From: Methanobacteriota archaeon
GTDB lineage: Archaea > Thermoplasmatota > Thermoplasmata > SG8-5 > DAIRED01
Length of the DNA: 64,000 nucleotides
Assembly: GCA_043799545.1 (NCBI GenBank)
Contig: JAZDNO010000020.1
Location: forward strand, 1 to 64,000
Direction of reading: 5' to 3'
Position numbers and translations under genes: made by a program. Positions 1-8,704 of the stretch are shown here, in pieces. A model generated the notes under the pieces. The model was not told where the DNA came from and ran no database searches. It saw only the letters and a program-made list of their open reading frames with translations. The stretch's first letter is position 1, and each line of letters opens with the position of its first letter.

Positions 1-43
1 ACACTATAAATTTATAGCAGATGTACGATGCAGTATCTGAGGA

Positions 44-418
44 GTGAACTACATGAGTAAAAAGACTAAAGATTTGGATAAAGTTAGATATTTACAAAAG
101 ATAGCGAAATCTGCACAAAAACAAACACGCTTTGAAAAAGAACAGAAGAAAATAATGGTCGAAAATACACCGGATATATTGCGTGATTGTGAATCAGAGT
201 GGCATGATTCAAGTGGGCAGTTGACAATATGTAAAGAAAAGTATGAATTTGTGTGTAGCCAATGTTCAAAAGAAAATGTTTTAAAATTCACGTCGGGTGG
301 TATCACAAGAGGAAACAATATCAAAATTACGAATGAATCAAATAAAACTATAATTAAGTGCTATAATTGTAACAATTGCTTGTTCACAATTGATAAAAAA
401 GTCGACATAGTACTTTAA
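44..418 (+). CDS. Hypothetical protein, basic N-terminus and two CxxC motifs (Zn-ribbon-like)
   Basis: 124-aa AT-rich ORF; CSQC and CYNC motifs. Confidence 0.65.
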   Translation: MNYMSKKTKDLDKVRYLQKIAKSAQKQTRFEKEQKKIMVENTPDILRDCESEWHDSSGQLTICKEKYEFVCSQCSKENVLKFTSGGITRGNNIKITNESNKTIIKCYNCNNCLFTIDKKVDIVL

Positions 419-472
419 TCTCGATAATGCATAAAGAATTGTGCTCGTACGAATGTAATAATTGATGGACTA

Positions 473-709
473 CTACAGGTCCATCCGCTCCCTCGGTGTG
501 TAGATACTCTGGGCCGCATCCACGTGCCTGCAGTGCTCCCGGTAGAAGAATCCCACGCATTCGCAGTGCCAGCGCCCGCCCGGTCTCGTTACGAGGTGGT
601 TGTGCCCCGGTTGGCTGCGCGAGGGCACTAGGATTCCGTACTTCGTGATGCATGGCAGGCCTTCTGGATGCCTCTCGCAGGGCTCGCAGGCGACGGCGTC
701 GTCGTTCAT
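473..709 (-). CDS. SWIM zinc-finger protein
   Basis: WHCECVGFFYREHCRHV fits the SWIM pattern CxC-xn-CxH. Confidence 0.75.
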   Translation of the reverse strand: MNDDAVACEPCERHPEGLPCITKYGILVPSRSQPGHNHLVTRPGGRWHCECVGFFYREHCRHVDAAQSIYTPRERMDL

Positions 710-715
710 GTGTCA

Positions 716-859
716 TCACCCCAGCACGTAGGACCTGCCGCAGCTCCGGCAGCTCACATCCGCATAGTGGAGCCCGTCGCTCCATGTCTCAGAGCTCAGG
801 ACTGCGTCCCTGCTCCCGCAGTGCCTGCACGTGTGCGGACTCTGATAGAAGTCCAACAT
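716..859 (-). CDS. Small Zn-ribbon protein (47 aa)
   Basis: MLDFYQSPHTCRHCGS...VSCRSCGRSYVLG, two CxxC motifs; the longer ORF from 1144 runs through a palindrome cluster and is probably over-extended. Confidence 0.55.
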   Translation of the reverse strand: MLDFYQSPHTCRHCGSRDAVLSSETWSDGLHYADVSCRSCGRSYVLG

Positions 860-1062
860 TATTGGCGCTAGCTTGTTTTCCTCTACCGCCCCTGTCTCTT
901 GGACGCCCGGGGTGCAGGCGTCTACAGCGTCGTGCCGCAGTTTCTCACCGAGCTGAGCCGGGGAGAAACGGAGGCATGGAGCGAAGGGGCGAGGAGGACA
1001 AGCCACGAGGGACCTGTAGCCAAGGCGGGAACGTAGTGCTGGGGGGCACTCCTCATGGGTGA

Positions 1063-1237
1063 GCGGTTCTCCGACCAAGGCGAACCGCCACCCATCATTA
1101 CACGATGCGCGGCCCTTCCCCCACGGGGGAGGGGGCGGTACCATCGCTGAGCGATGGGCGCAGGGGTGGGGGCTTTAGCGAGGCGATGCATCGCCGAGCG
1201 TCAGGGAGCCCCGGGAGTGCCCCTGACGCGCGTCAGG
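1063..1237. repeat. Dense cluster of palindromes and hairpins
   Basis: GCGGTTC/GAACCGC (1063-1088), CCCTTCCCCC-AC-GGGGGAGGG (1113-1133), CCATCGCT-G-AGCGATGG (1141-1157), GGCGATGCATCGCC (1182-1195), GCGTCAGGG/CCCTGACGC (1198-1229), CCTGACGCGCGTCAGG (1222-1237). Confidence 0.85.
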
Positions 1238-1694
1238 AGCGCCGCCGAGGAGCCACGAGGGCAAAGGCCCAAATAGACGGCTTTGCGTTGGAAACCCGCA
1301 GCGAAGACGTCATTTGCGCGTTTGTAAGGAACATCCAGGGACAGCCCCGAGGGGTGAGACAAGGCGGCGCATATTTCGCCAATATATCTAGCATCTTCAC
1401 AGTCTCACATAAATGAACCTATACTACTCCGCGATTAACCTAATTCAGCATACACTTGTATCGGGAGATAATGACCATGGAATAGAAATACTCGAAAATA
1501 ACGGGTTCAAGAATGAACTGGAAAGTAAAACGAAAAAAGGTTCGTTTAATGAGGAGTAGACGACATTAGGCTCGGACGGGTGAAAAAATATATAGGATAA
1601 GGCAGCAATGTCGGATCGGTGAACACATGATGAACGAAAACACCGAGCTTAACGCTACGCCCCCTCGGGTTTTGTCCTTATATGCGTTCGGATC

Positions 1695-1747
1695 ACCTAA
1701 CAGGCGGGTATATGACTCAGACGTCAAATACCTGCAAGCCGTTTGGT
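1695..1747 (+). other. attC-like (59-base-element-type) recombination site 1
   Basis: ACCTAAC (RYYYAAC) ... GTTTGGT (one mismatch from GTTRRRY), with internal inverted repeats GCGGGTAT/ATACCTGC and TGAC/GTCA; just upstream of an RBS and the TIR gene. Confidence 0.6.
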
Positions 1748-1769
1748 GGAAAACTATGGAGGAAAATTA

Positions 1770-2159
1770 ATGACAAAAAAAAGAGCATTTATTAGTTTTG
1801 ATTACGACCATGACCTTGATATTAAAAATTTACTGGTGGGGCAGGCTAAAAATCCCGATTCTCCATTTGAAATTATTGATATGTCGATAAAAGAGGCAAT
1901 CTCTGAAGATTGGAAGGATAAAGCACGAACCCGTATCAAAGGGTGTGATGTAGCTATTGTATTATGTGGAGAATATACTGATTTTGCTACAGGTGTCTCA
2001 GCTGAATTAGAAATTACCCAAGAAGAAAACGTGGGTTATTTTCTACTGTATGGGAGGGCGGACAAAATATGTAAAAAACCAAAAAGCGCAAAGGCTAGTG
2101 ATAAATTATATAATTGGACTTGGGACAATTTAAAAAATTTAATTGGTGGTGGTCGATAA
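1770..2159 (+). CDS. TIR-like domain protein (ThsB/DUF1863 type)
   Basis: RAFISFDYDHD, DMSIKEA, VAIVLCGEYT and putative catalytic Glu in GVSAELE; GGAGG RBS at 1758 favours ATG 1770. Confidence 0.85.
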   Translation: MTKKRAFISFDYDHDLDIKNLLVGQAKNPDSPFEIIDMSIKEAISEDWKDKARTRIKGCDVAIVLCGEYTDFATGVSAELEITQEENVGYFLLYGRADKICKKPKSAKASDKLYNWTWDNLKNLIGGGR

Positions 2160-2224
2160 ATGCGAAAGACGTTAATTAAAGACCACATTTTACTCCTCGC
2201 AATTGCTTGGAGCGATGAAGAAAC

Positions 2225-2746
2225 ATGACTGTGAAAATACCAACATTTCTAAGCGTCGGTGAACCACACAATGAGGCACAGCGTAAGTATTTGGATGCAT
2301 TAGTTATATATTTAAGTAGACATGGTATTGTTGCAGAAACACTTGGTCGTTCATTTTGGTCTATTGAAAACCCATTAAGACCAGTGCAACAGAAGATGCG
2401 AGAAGTTAATGGCGCTGTCATTTTGGCTATGGAGCGATTCCATTCAGAAAAAGGTACCTATAAAGAATATAGTGCTTCGGGAAAAGTTGTTAACGACCAA
2501 TATTTTGTCACGGTTTGGACACAAATTGAAGCCGCCATGGCCTACCAACTTGAATTACCTCTCTTGATTTTAAAAGATGATAGGTTAGTTGCTGAAGGGA
2601 TGCTTGATCCAGGGATACACGAGTGGGTGATAGTTAGAATTAACCCTGAAAATCCTGATGAATTAAAACGGGATCCAATCAAAGCATTTATTGATAGTTG
2701 GATAGAAGCTGTTCGAAAATGCTATTACTCGAAGAAAGGTCGGTGA
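2225..2746 (+). CDS. Second TIR-like / Rossmann-like nucleotide-processing protein
   Basis: PTFLSVG N-terminal strand, GAVILAMER, WTQIEAAMAYQLELPLLILKD (TIR-like Glu helix followed by a P-hydrophobic strand). Confidence 0.6.
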   Translation: MTVKIPTFLSVGEPHNEAQRKYLDALVIYLSRHGIVAETLGRSFWSIENPLRPVQQKMREVNGAVILAMERFHSEKGTYKEYSASGKVVNDQYFVTVWTQIEAAMAYQLELPLLILKDDRLVAEGMLDPGIHEWVIVRINPENPDELKRDPIKAFIDSWIEAVRKCYYSKKGR

Positions 2747-2760
2747 AATATGGTGACGGC

Positions 2761-2842
2761 GTGTAACATCGGTTATGCGATTCGCTTCGCTCACACGAAT
2801 TGTGCCTTGAGTACAACTTCGCATACACTGAAAGCATTAAGC
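2761..2842 (+). other. attC-like site 2 (degenerate)
   Basis: GTGTAAC ... TATGCGA/TCGCATA inverted repeat ... ATTAAGC(GAAAT); lies between the TIR2 stop and the AbiV start. Confidence 0.6.
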
Positions 2843-2875
2843 GAAATAAACCCGTAGACTAATGGAGAATAAAAC

Positions 2876-3475
2876 ATGCAAAAAATAAATGCAGAAACGT
2901 TATATGATAATAGGAAAATGGCTTTATTGAATGCGAGAGAATTACTTAATGATGCACAGATATTATTCGAATCAAAGAGGTGGGCTAGATGTTTTTTCCT
3001 GGTACAAATTGCCACTGAAGAACTTGGAAAATATGGAATCATTATTTCATCAGCCATGAGTATAAAACACGGTTCTATTAATATAAGTAGTTTTATAAAG
3101 CGCTTTAAGAATCATAAGGAAAAGACAAGAAATATTCTGATGCTTGAAGACTTGAAGATATTTATCGATAATAAAGGTAAGTCTGAGTTGTTTAACTTCG
3201 ATTCAAGGAAAGAACACGCGGAAATGCAAGAGCAACTTAAATTTAGAGCGTTATATGCAGATTTTGATGAACGTGGAACACTTTGTATTCCATCCCAATT
3301 ATTTGGAAGAGATATATGTTCAATATCAATCAAGCTTCTAGAAAAAAGGGTTAGGTTAATGCAATCCTTTGAGAACGATATTGCTTCTAAATTTGATTTT
3401 AATAAAATAACAAAAGAAGAGATCGATGACTTTTATAACAAGATTGGACTTAATGAAATATTAAAGAAAAGATAA
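2876..3475 (+). CDS. AbiV-family (HEPN) abortive-infection protein
   Basis: NARELLNDAQILFE...RCFFLVQIATEELGK...NHKEK...RALYAD motifs typical of AbiV. Confidence 0.8.
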   Translation: MQKINAETLYDNRKMALLNARELLNDAQILFESKRWARCFFLVQIATEELGKYGIIISSAMSIKHGSINISSFIKRFKNHKEKTRNILMLEDLKIFIDNKGKSELFNFDSRKEHAEMQEQLKFRALYADFDERGTLCIPSQLFGRDICSISIKLLEKRVRLMQSFENDIASKFDFNKITKEEIDDFYNKIGLNEILKKR

Positions 3476-3488
3476 CTAACAAATTTTC

Positions 3489-3578
3489 GCCTAACAACGT
3501 AATATCATGATCGGCTCGTTAGACTCACCTTCGTCCAAATTTACTCCGCAAACTTCAGATAACCACCAGCCATTATAC
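3489..3578 (+). other. attC-like site 3 (degenerate)
   Basis: ATTTTCGCCTAAC is nearly complementary to the preceding cassette start TTAAGCGAAAT; TATC(A)TGA/TCAGATA inverted repeat; ends CATTATAC. Confidence 0.6.
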
Positions 3579-3667
3579 TAACAATAATTTTCTAACATTG
3601 GGGTGCTTTTCTTCTAATTGAACCCCCAATCGATTAATCAACCCCGTGGCATAAAGCATTTCGCCCC

Positions 3668-3741
3668 CTTCTTAAACCTTTCCTGTTCAGACAATGAGCC
3701 GAGAATACCTGGGTGTGCTATTTCCCCCACAGGTGACCAAG
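3668..3741 (+). promoter_or_regulatory. TATA promoter plus conserved operator-like motif and RBS (homologous to 14172-14246)
   Basis: CTTAAA-CCTTT-CCTGTTCAGACA ... CCACAGGTGA before ATG 3742. Confidence 0.6.
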
Positions 3742-4143
3742 ATGGTACACACAACAACCCAAGTAAACAACGCGCCGGGAGAAACCCCGGACGTGCTGGA
3801 GCCGATATCGTTCGATGCGACCGCCAAGATAGGGACCGCGCGCAACAAGTGCACGGAAATCCTGGAGATATGCGACGGGCTGGAAGCCAACGTCAAGGCG
3901 CAGATACGCGCCAGGATACAGGCCATCCGCCACGCGCTGACGGCGTTGCAGAACGACGTCGAAGAGATGATGGAGATAGGAGAGCCGGTGCAGCCTGAGA
4001 ACCAACAGTGGCCCCAGGTCAACCAGGCCATGCTCGACATCGAGGCGCTCGGCCACGAGGCGCGCATCTTCGTGGTGGACATGACGAGGTACCACGAGGT
4101 GTACCCGTTCGAGTGGCCCCCGGACCCAGACGTCCCCGACTAA
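3742..4143 (+). CDS. Hypothetical helical protein (island backbone)
   Basis: GC-rich ORF with strong third-position GC; AGGTGA RBS before MVHTT. Confidence 0.7.
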   Translation: MVHTTTQVNNAPGETPDVLEPISFDATAKIGTARNKCTEILEICDGLEANVKAQIRARIQAIRHALTALQNDVEEMMEIGEPVQPENQQWPQVNQAMLDIEALGHEARIFVVDMTRYHEVYPFEWPPDPDVPD

Positions 4144-4187
4144 TCGGCCTCCACGAAAACCCTTTTCTTTACTTTCAAGGTGATAAA

Positions 4188-4511
4188 ATGATGTCGCTGG
4201 AGCATTTCGCGCTGCTGGTTGTAATCGTCTCGTTCTTTGCTGTGCAGGTGTACACCAACGACAGGCTGCGCAGGCACGCGGTCGCCATCCTGACGAGGCA
4301 CCGGTCGAAGCTCTACGCTTTCCTGGACCCGGTGATAGATGATATCGCTGCGGAGCTGAACGCTGAGGTCCAGGAGCACTCGCGCGAATGGATTACCGAC
4401 GAGGTCCAGAGGCAGATGCTCGAGGTGGGGGTCTATGTCTTCACGGAGATGGGGAAGGAGAAGGCGCGGGAGCTAGTGGGAGATATCATCGAGGATATTT
4501 TATCAAAATGA
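4188..4511 (+). CDS. Hypothetical protein with N-terminal membrane anchor (island backbone)
   Basis: AGGTGA RBS before MMSLEH; hydrophobic FALLVVIVSFFAVQV. Confidence 0.7.
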   Translation: MMSLEHFALLVVIVSFFAVQVYTNDRLRRHAVAILTRHRSKLYAFLDPVIDDIAAELNAEVQEHSREWITDEVQRQMLEVGVYVFTEMGKEKARELVGDIIEDILSK

Positions 4512-4522
4512 CGGCACTGTTT

Positions 4523-5173
4523 TCAGAATAATTTTTCAATTATTCTTATACTACCTGTCAGCATTGCTATTGAATCAACTTTTTGGTAATCTTTATAATC
4601 GTGTTTATAGAGATTCTCCATCACACGAATTGTGTTTGCTACATGTGTGTTTTGTTTATTAATTAAATTATTTTTACTTGCCCATGTGATTAAAGCACAA
4701 AAATCAAATTTGGATGATGGAGCTTGTCCTGCCATGTTCGTATATTTAATTGTCAATGCTAACTCAACCGATACACCAGCCATGATACAACATGACCTTT
4801 CCATACCAAGTATGTAGTCATTACATGCTTCTTTGATAGTTTCAAAAACTTCTACCGGAGTTGTTGAATTTATATTTACCATCGGCTTTAGAGAGCCATC
4901 TTGTTGTTTCTGATATTTTACAACGTGGATATCAACTAGTGTTTTTAAACGCTTGTTGGTTTTTTGGCTATAATCTGCTACAGCTTTGTTATATCCCTGT
5001 GTATGGCCATCACGAAATCCTTCCGAGTATCCATCTGCCTTCCCTTTAGAATATCCGATAAGACCCCCACCGATAGCTCCCAATCCTCCCGAGATTAAGC
5101 CACCAACTAATCCGTCATCTTCTTGTTTCTCTGGTTTTTTCTGTGCAGTCATGGAAGCACACGATATTCCCAT
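4523..5173 (-). CDS. Glycine-zipper membrane protein with C-terminal DUF4145/HEPN-like domain
   Basis: GGLISGGLGAIGGGLIG; G-xxx-G repeats (YSEGFRDGHTQGY); SVELAL ... IRVMENLYKH C-terminal domain; AT-rich. Confidence 0.55.
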   Translation of the reverse strand: MGISCASMTAQKKPEKQEDDGLVGGLISGGLGAIGGGLIGYSKGKADGYSEGFRDGHTQGYNKAVADYSQKTNKRLKTLVDIHVVKYQKQQDGSLKPMVNINSTTPVEVFETIKEACNDYILGMERSCCIMAGVSVELALTIKYTNMAGQAPSSKFDFCALITWASKNNLINKQNTHVANTIRVMENLYKHDYKDYQKVDSIAMLTGSIRIIEKLF

Positions 5174-5337
5174 TTTTACGTATAATAATGTAGAGTATAA
5201 ACTTATCCCTCATTTCCCAAACTCAATTCCAACCCAGGCATAGACCGAGAGCGGAAGTTAATTTAGGATGCTGTGCATAGACGCTAAGAGAGATAAACTT
5301 AAATGGCAATCCGGCAATCCTAAGCCGTCGATTGCCC

Positions 5338-5511
5338 ATGAAAATAGAGAAGAAAGAGATTCGTCTCGAAGGATGCAACTGTATAAATTGCCGTCTGGAG
5401 CGAATGGAAACGGCTATCAACAATATGCACGAATCCGTCATACTCATTCTCGATAAAAATACTGAAATACCAGGTATGCCAAAAGAGAGAAACAAAATGA
5501 GTAGGAAGTAG
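5338..5511 (+). CDS. Possible small protein (57 aa) with CxCxxC
   Basis: MKIEKKEIRLEGCNCINCRLERMETAINN...; below the ORF-track length cutoff; no clear RBS. Confidence 0.3.
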   Translation: MKIEKKEIRLEGCNCINCRLERMETAINNMHESVILILDKNTEIPGMPKERNKMSRK

Positions 5512-5590
5512 TATAGACGAGGACGAATGGCATAAGACTATCTGGTTGACAAACAAAGGTGATGAAGCGATAAAGACATTACAAACTGGA

Positions 5591-6307
5591 TTAAGGAATT
5601 CGTAGGGTAACTTCCCTCTTCATGAACACAATTTTGACGTTTCTCGGTAAAGCCTTTCGTATGTCGCTGACCTTCGCGTAAAAGTTGGGAAAGGACTTCT
5701 TTGAATTGTGGAAGTGAATCGGTATGCACGTCGCCCCTTCCCCAAGTTTCAAGAATGAATCTAGGTTGGCTTCCTTCCCGATGATTGCCCAGACAGGGAA
5801 GAACACGATATCCGGTGCTTCCTTTATCATGGCTTTCGTCGCAATAGAGTCTCCCATGAAGAGGATCTTCTTACCGTTATAAATTATAAGAAAGGCGAGT
5901 CCCTCCGTGGCCTGGAGGACTCTCACCTGTACTCCGGCAATATCCACAGAGTCTCCAACATTGCACGGGCGCATGCGCTTGAAGAGCTTCCGAAGACCAT
6001 CGATATCCTTCGCCTCGAAACTCATCGCAAGCGATAATGGCTCGCCGACGGTTCTCGGGCAGCATATTGTCGTGGAGTCATTGCTGAGAGCCATGACCGT
6101 GTTAGAGTCAAAATGATCCCAGTGCTCGTGCGATATAAAGATGGCAGATGCCTTGCGCTCTTTCCTCGGGTTTAAGGTAGTACGAAGCAGATGATTCTCC
6201 CGCACGGGATCGAGGTAAAGGGAAGTATTCCCCGTCTGCATCTTCAGGCAAGAATGACCGAACCACATTATTCTAACATTAAAATTACCTTTGCTGTTCA
6301 TACCCAA
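5591..6307 (-). CDS. Metallo-beta-lactamase-fold hydrolase (UlaG/UPF0173-like)
   Basis: WFGHSCL, YLDP, FISHEHWDH (HxHxDH), FMGDS, IPIHF. Confidence 0.85.
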   Translation of the reverse strand: MGMNSKGNFNVRIMWFGHSCLKMQTGNTSLYLDPVRENHLLRTTLNPRKERKASAIFISHEHWDHFDSNTVMALSNDSTTICCPRTVGEPLSLAMSFEAKDIDGLRKLFKRMRPCNVGDSVDIAGVQVRVLQATEGLAFLIIYNGKKILFMGDSIATKAMIKEAPDIVFFPVWAIIGKEANLDSFLKLGEGATCIPIHFHNSKKSFPNFYAKVSDIRKALPRNVKIVFMKREVTLRIP

Positions 6308-6342
6308 GCCATCCCTCCACTAACAACCATCCTGGGCACTCT

Positions 6343-6486
6343 TCCGTTCGTTCCCAAGTGACGGTTCCTATTCGGTCTCACGACCTCTGAATGTACGTCA
6401 CACATATTAAAAATATCGACCCCGTGCCTTCGTTGAACTCGGATGAAGTTCACGGTCGAGGGTCTGAGCTACGAGACGATACGGTT
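6343..6486 (+). repeat. Cassette-junction site A: degenerate tRNA 3'-end fragment plus conserved arm with leftward TATA promoter
   Basis: TCCGTTCGTTCCCA then AGTGACGGTTCCTATTCG; 6353-6440 matches 10669-10756 at 85/88 nt; also GGATGAAGTTCACGG and CTGAGCTA...GACGATACGGT. Confidence 0.8.
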
Positions 6487-6491
6487 GAGGG

Positions 6492-6617
6492 TTACTTCTC
6501 GCCAAGCTCTCTAACTTCATCTGACTTCTTTACAGATGAGATGACAACAACCCTGCTAACATTTGTTTCATCTGGTTTCATTTTTACTTCCTTCTGTTCC
6601 TTCTCATCATCGGCCAT
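6492..6617 (-). CDS. Small charged peptide (41 aa) coupled to the upstream membrane protein
   Basis: MADDEKEQKEVKMKPDETNVSRVVVISSVKKSDEVRELGEK; GGAGG RBS; overlaps the stop of 6607-7374. Confidence 0.55.
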   Translation of the reverse strand: MADDEKEQKEVKMKPDETNVSRVVVISSVKKSDEVRELGEK

Positions 6618-7374
6618 ATCGAACCTCCATAATTTTATCCAAATCAGCCTTATCATAATGCGGGTATTTGTTATTAATTTCCATTACTTCCTTGTACTTA
6701 CCTTTAATCTTATTATGCATTTTCCACCAAATTGATACAACACCAGCAACACTAACACAGAATAACAATCCTATTTGAGCTAAATAGAAATCATACTTGT
6801 CTCCATTATCAATCATGTCTTGTGGATCCATTAAGGGCAGGAAAGAATAACTGAATAAAATAATGCCACAAAATATTAGAGTACTCATTGTTAGTATATG
6901 TCGAGCAATTTTCATATTCATGAATTCACATATCTTGATGTCCAGACTATTCCCACGAATCAAAGTATTAGTCAGTTCCTCTTTGGATTTATCCTTATAT
7001 TTTTCATATAACTCAATTTGATTTGGCCCCAATGAAAACATTACTTTTTCAGGGCTTAAATACAAAGATAATCCTAATAAAATCGACAATAGAACAAATG
7101 CAATCGATATCGCACAGATTAATGCAAAATTATCATAGATTTTAATTATAGCACTGTTATCTTCTGGCACAATCAAATCATTTAAAATGTAACTTAATAA
7201 CGCCAAGATAAAACCTATAACTCCTAATGCTAACGTAATAAATGAGCTGGCGCGCCCTAATAAGGTTTTATTAACATCAAGTATCTTATTTAAAGTTGAA
7301 TCACCTTCATTCTTAATCATCACAAGCGTGTCTAGCTTGCTTTCATTTGTAGGATCAATCATCGTAACCCTCAA
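6607..7374 (-). CDS. Multi-pass membrane protein (about 4 TM)
   Basis: Four hydrophobic segments; AT-rich; start may be ATG 7362. Confidence 0.75.
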   Translation of the reverse strand: MRVTMIDPTNESKLDTLVMIKNEGDSTLNKILDVNKTLLGRASSFITLALGVIGFILALLSYILNDLIVPEDNSAIIKIYDNFALICAISIAFVLLSILLGLSLYLSPEKVMFSLGPNQIELYEKYKDKSKEELTNTLIRGNSLDIKICEFMNMKIARHILTMSTLIFCGIILFSYSFLPLMDPQDMIDNGDKYDFYLAQIGLLFCVSVAGVVSIWWKMHNKIKGKYKEVMEINNKYPHYDKADLDKIMEVRYGR

Positions 7375-7383
7375 CCTCTACAT

Positions 7384-7687
7384 CCAATCGCTCATCCCCA
7401 AGTGGCGGTTCCTAGTCGTTCGTTTCACGAACTCTAAATACACTTCGTACCATAAATAATTCTCTACCCCGTCCCTTCGTTGGACTCGTGATTCCTCCTA
7501 AGTCCCCAAACCTAAGTGCTGGCCCATTATACCTAACAAAAGCCGGGATACAATGAGCCCATTCAGCTGCTAATCGTCGGAACCGTGCGCACTCCTGTCC
7601 CGCCGTCAAATTTAGGACGGAGATGCTCCGGCGAGGCATCCATGCGGCTTCTCGTCAATGAGATGGAGTTCATGGCCGAGGTGGCTC
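7384..7687 (+). repeat. Cassette-junction site B
   Basis: CCAATCGCTCATCCCCA (GCTCATCCCCA identical to site E), AGTGGCGGTTCCTAGTCG; 29 nt identical with site C (7458-7486 vs 8773-8801); GGCGAGGCATCCA; AGATGGAGTTCATGG. Confidence 0.8.
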
Positions 7688-7692
7688 ACTAA

Positions 7693-8691
7693 TTATCTGG
7701 TCGATGTTAAGTAATTACGATTGTACACCATATTTTGAAACAGTAATATTATTGGAATCAACTCAATAATTGCAAATTTTATCATCATAGCATTGTATAT
7801 ATTTATTATTTCCTTAAATTTAATTATTTCTGGTCTATCCTTTTTATTATGGTATAGATATAAACAGTCATTCCGCGTAATAAATTTACCATGAGCCAGA
7901 GTATTTCTCATTCTCCTTGTATCCGCTATTATTTCATTACGTTCACTCTCAACAAGTGATTTATATTTAAAATAAAGATTAAGTAATTTCATTCTTTGTT
8001 TATGATTCTGATTAGGCAATAACGCAGAGAACATTTTTACTCCTTGGTCCATATTTAACTGGAATTGGATTATCAATCCAAAAAGAATTAAATAAACTCT
8101 TGCCTGGCGATATTTTTTACGCTCTTTGTAAAAACTCTCGTAGATTGTTTTAATATTACCCAAATTGCCATCAATAATCGAGTAATGAAACCCAAGAGCT
8201 GATGGTGGGCTAATAATCATATTATATTCATCAATAGATTTGTCCAGCCATAATGTCCATAATTTACTAATAATTCGATGTGCTTCAAGATCGCCCCCAG
8301 TGTTTGTAAGAAAATCGGTTTTAGTACAATCACCAAGAATTCTTAATAGCAAATCTGGGTCTTTTTCACTTTTTATATATCCATTTATTTTCTTCACAAC
8401 ACATAATGTGTCAGTGTATCCAATTCTAGCTAACCTTTTTGTTAATAACCTGTACACTTTTGGATAAGTATCATATCGTGTCATTTGCCGCGAATATACC
8501 TCTTTTATTTGGTTGCATCCAACACATAATAAATTGGTCTTCCAAACAACTTTTTTTTTATTCAATGAAATACATGCTACTCTTACTCGTTCAACTGGCT
8601 CAAGCTTAAGTTCACTCGATAAACAATCTTCGCAAAAGAAATATGGGTTGTTATCTAAGAACTTCGATATTATAAAATCATTACCCAACAC
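7693..8691 (-). CDS. Zn-finger plus C-terminal HEPN-like protein
   Basis: N-terminal FFCEDCL...LCVGC; C-terminal RNTLAHG (R-x4-H HEPN motif). Confidence 0.65.
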   Translation of the reverse strand: MLGNDFIISKFLDNNPYFFCEDCLSSELKLEPVERVRVACISLNKKKVVWKTNLLCVGCNQIKEVYSRQMTRYDTYPKVYRLLTKRLARIGYTDTLCVVKKINGYIKSEKDPDLLLRILGDCTKTDFLTNTGGDLEAHRIISKLWTLWLDKSIDEYNMIISPPSALGFHYSIIDGNLGNIKTIYESFYKERKKYRQARVYLILFGLIIQFQLNMDQGVKMFSALLPNQNHKQRMKLLNLYFKYKSLVESERNEIIADTRRMRNTLAHGKFITRNDCLYLYHNKKDRPEIIKFKEIINIYNAMMIKFAIIELIPIILLFQNMVYNRNYLTSTR

Positions 8692-8704
8692 CTTTTTAGT
8701 TATA

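Noticed and set aside
5205-5219. ATCCCTCATTTCCCA as a sixth tRNA-fragment site upstream of 4523-5173
   Set aside because: The position fits, but it needs two gaps to align and none of the arm motifs follow; it cannot be separated from chance.
7412-7639. ORFs overlapping the junction sites (7412-7639, 8757-8966, 8795-8986, 12322-12603)
   Set aside because: Homologous sites differ by frame-breaking indels and the reading frames are not shared between copies, so the conservation is at DNA level.
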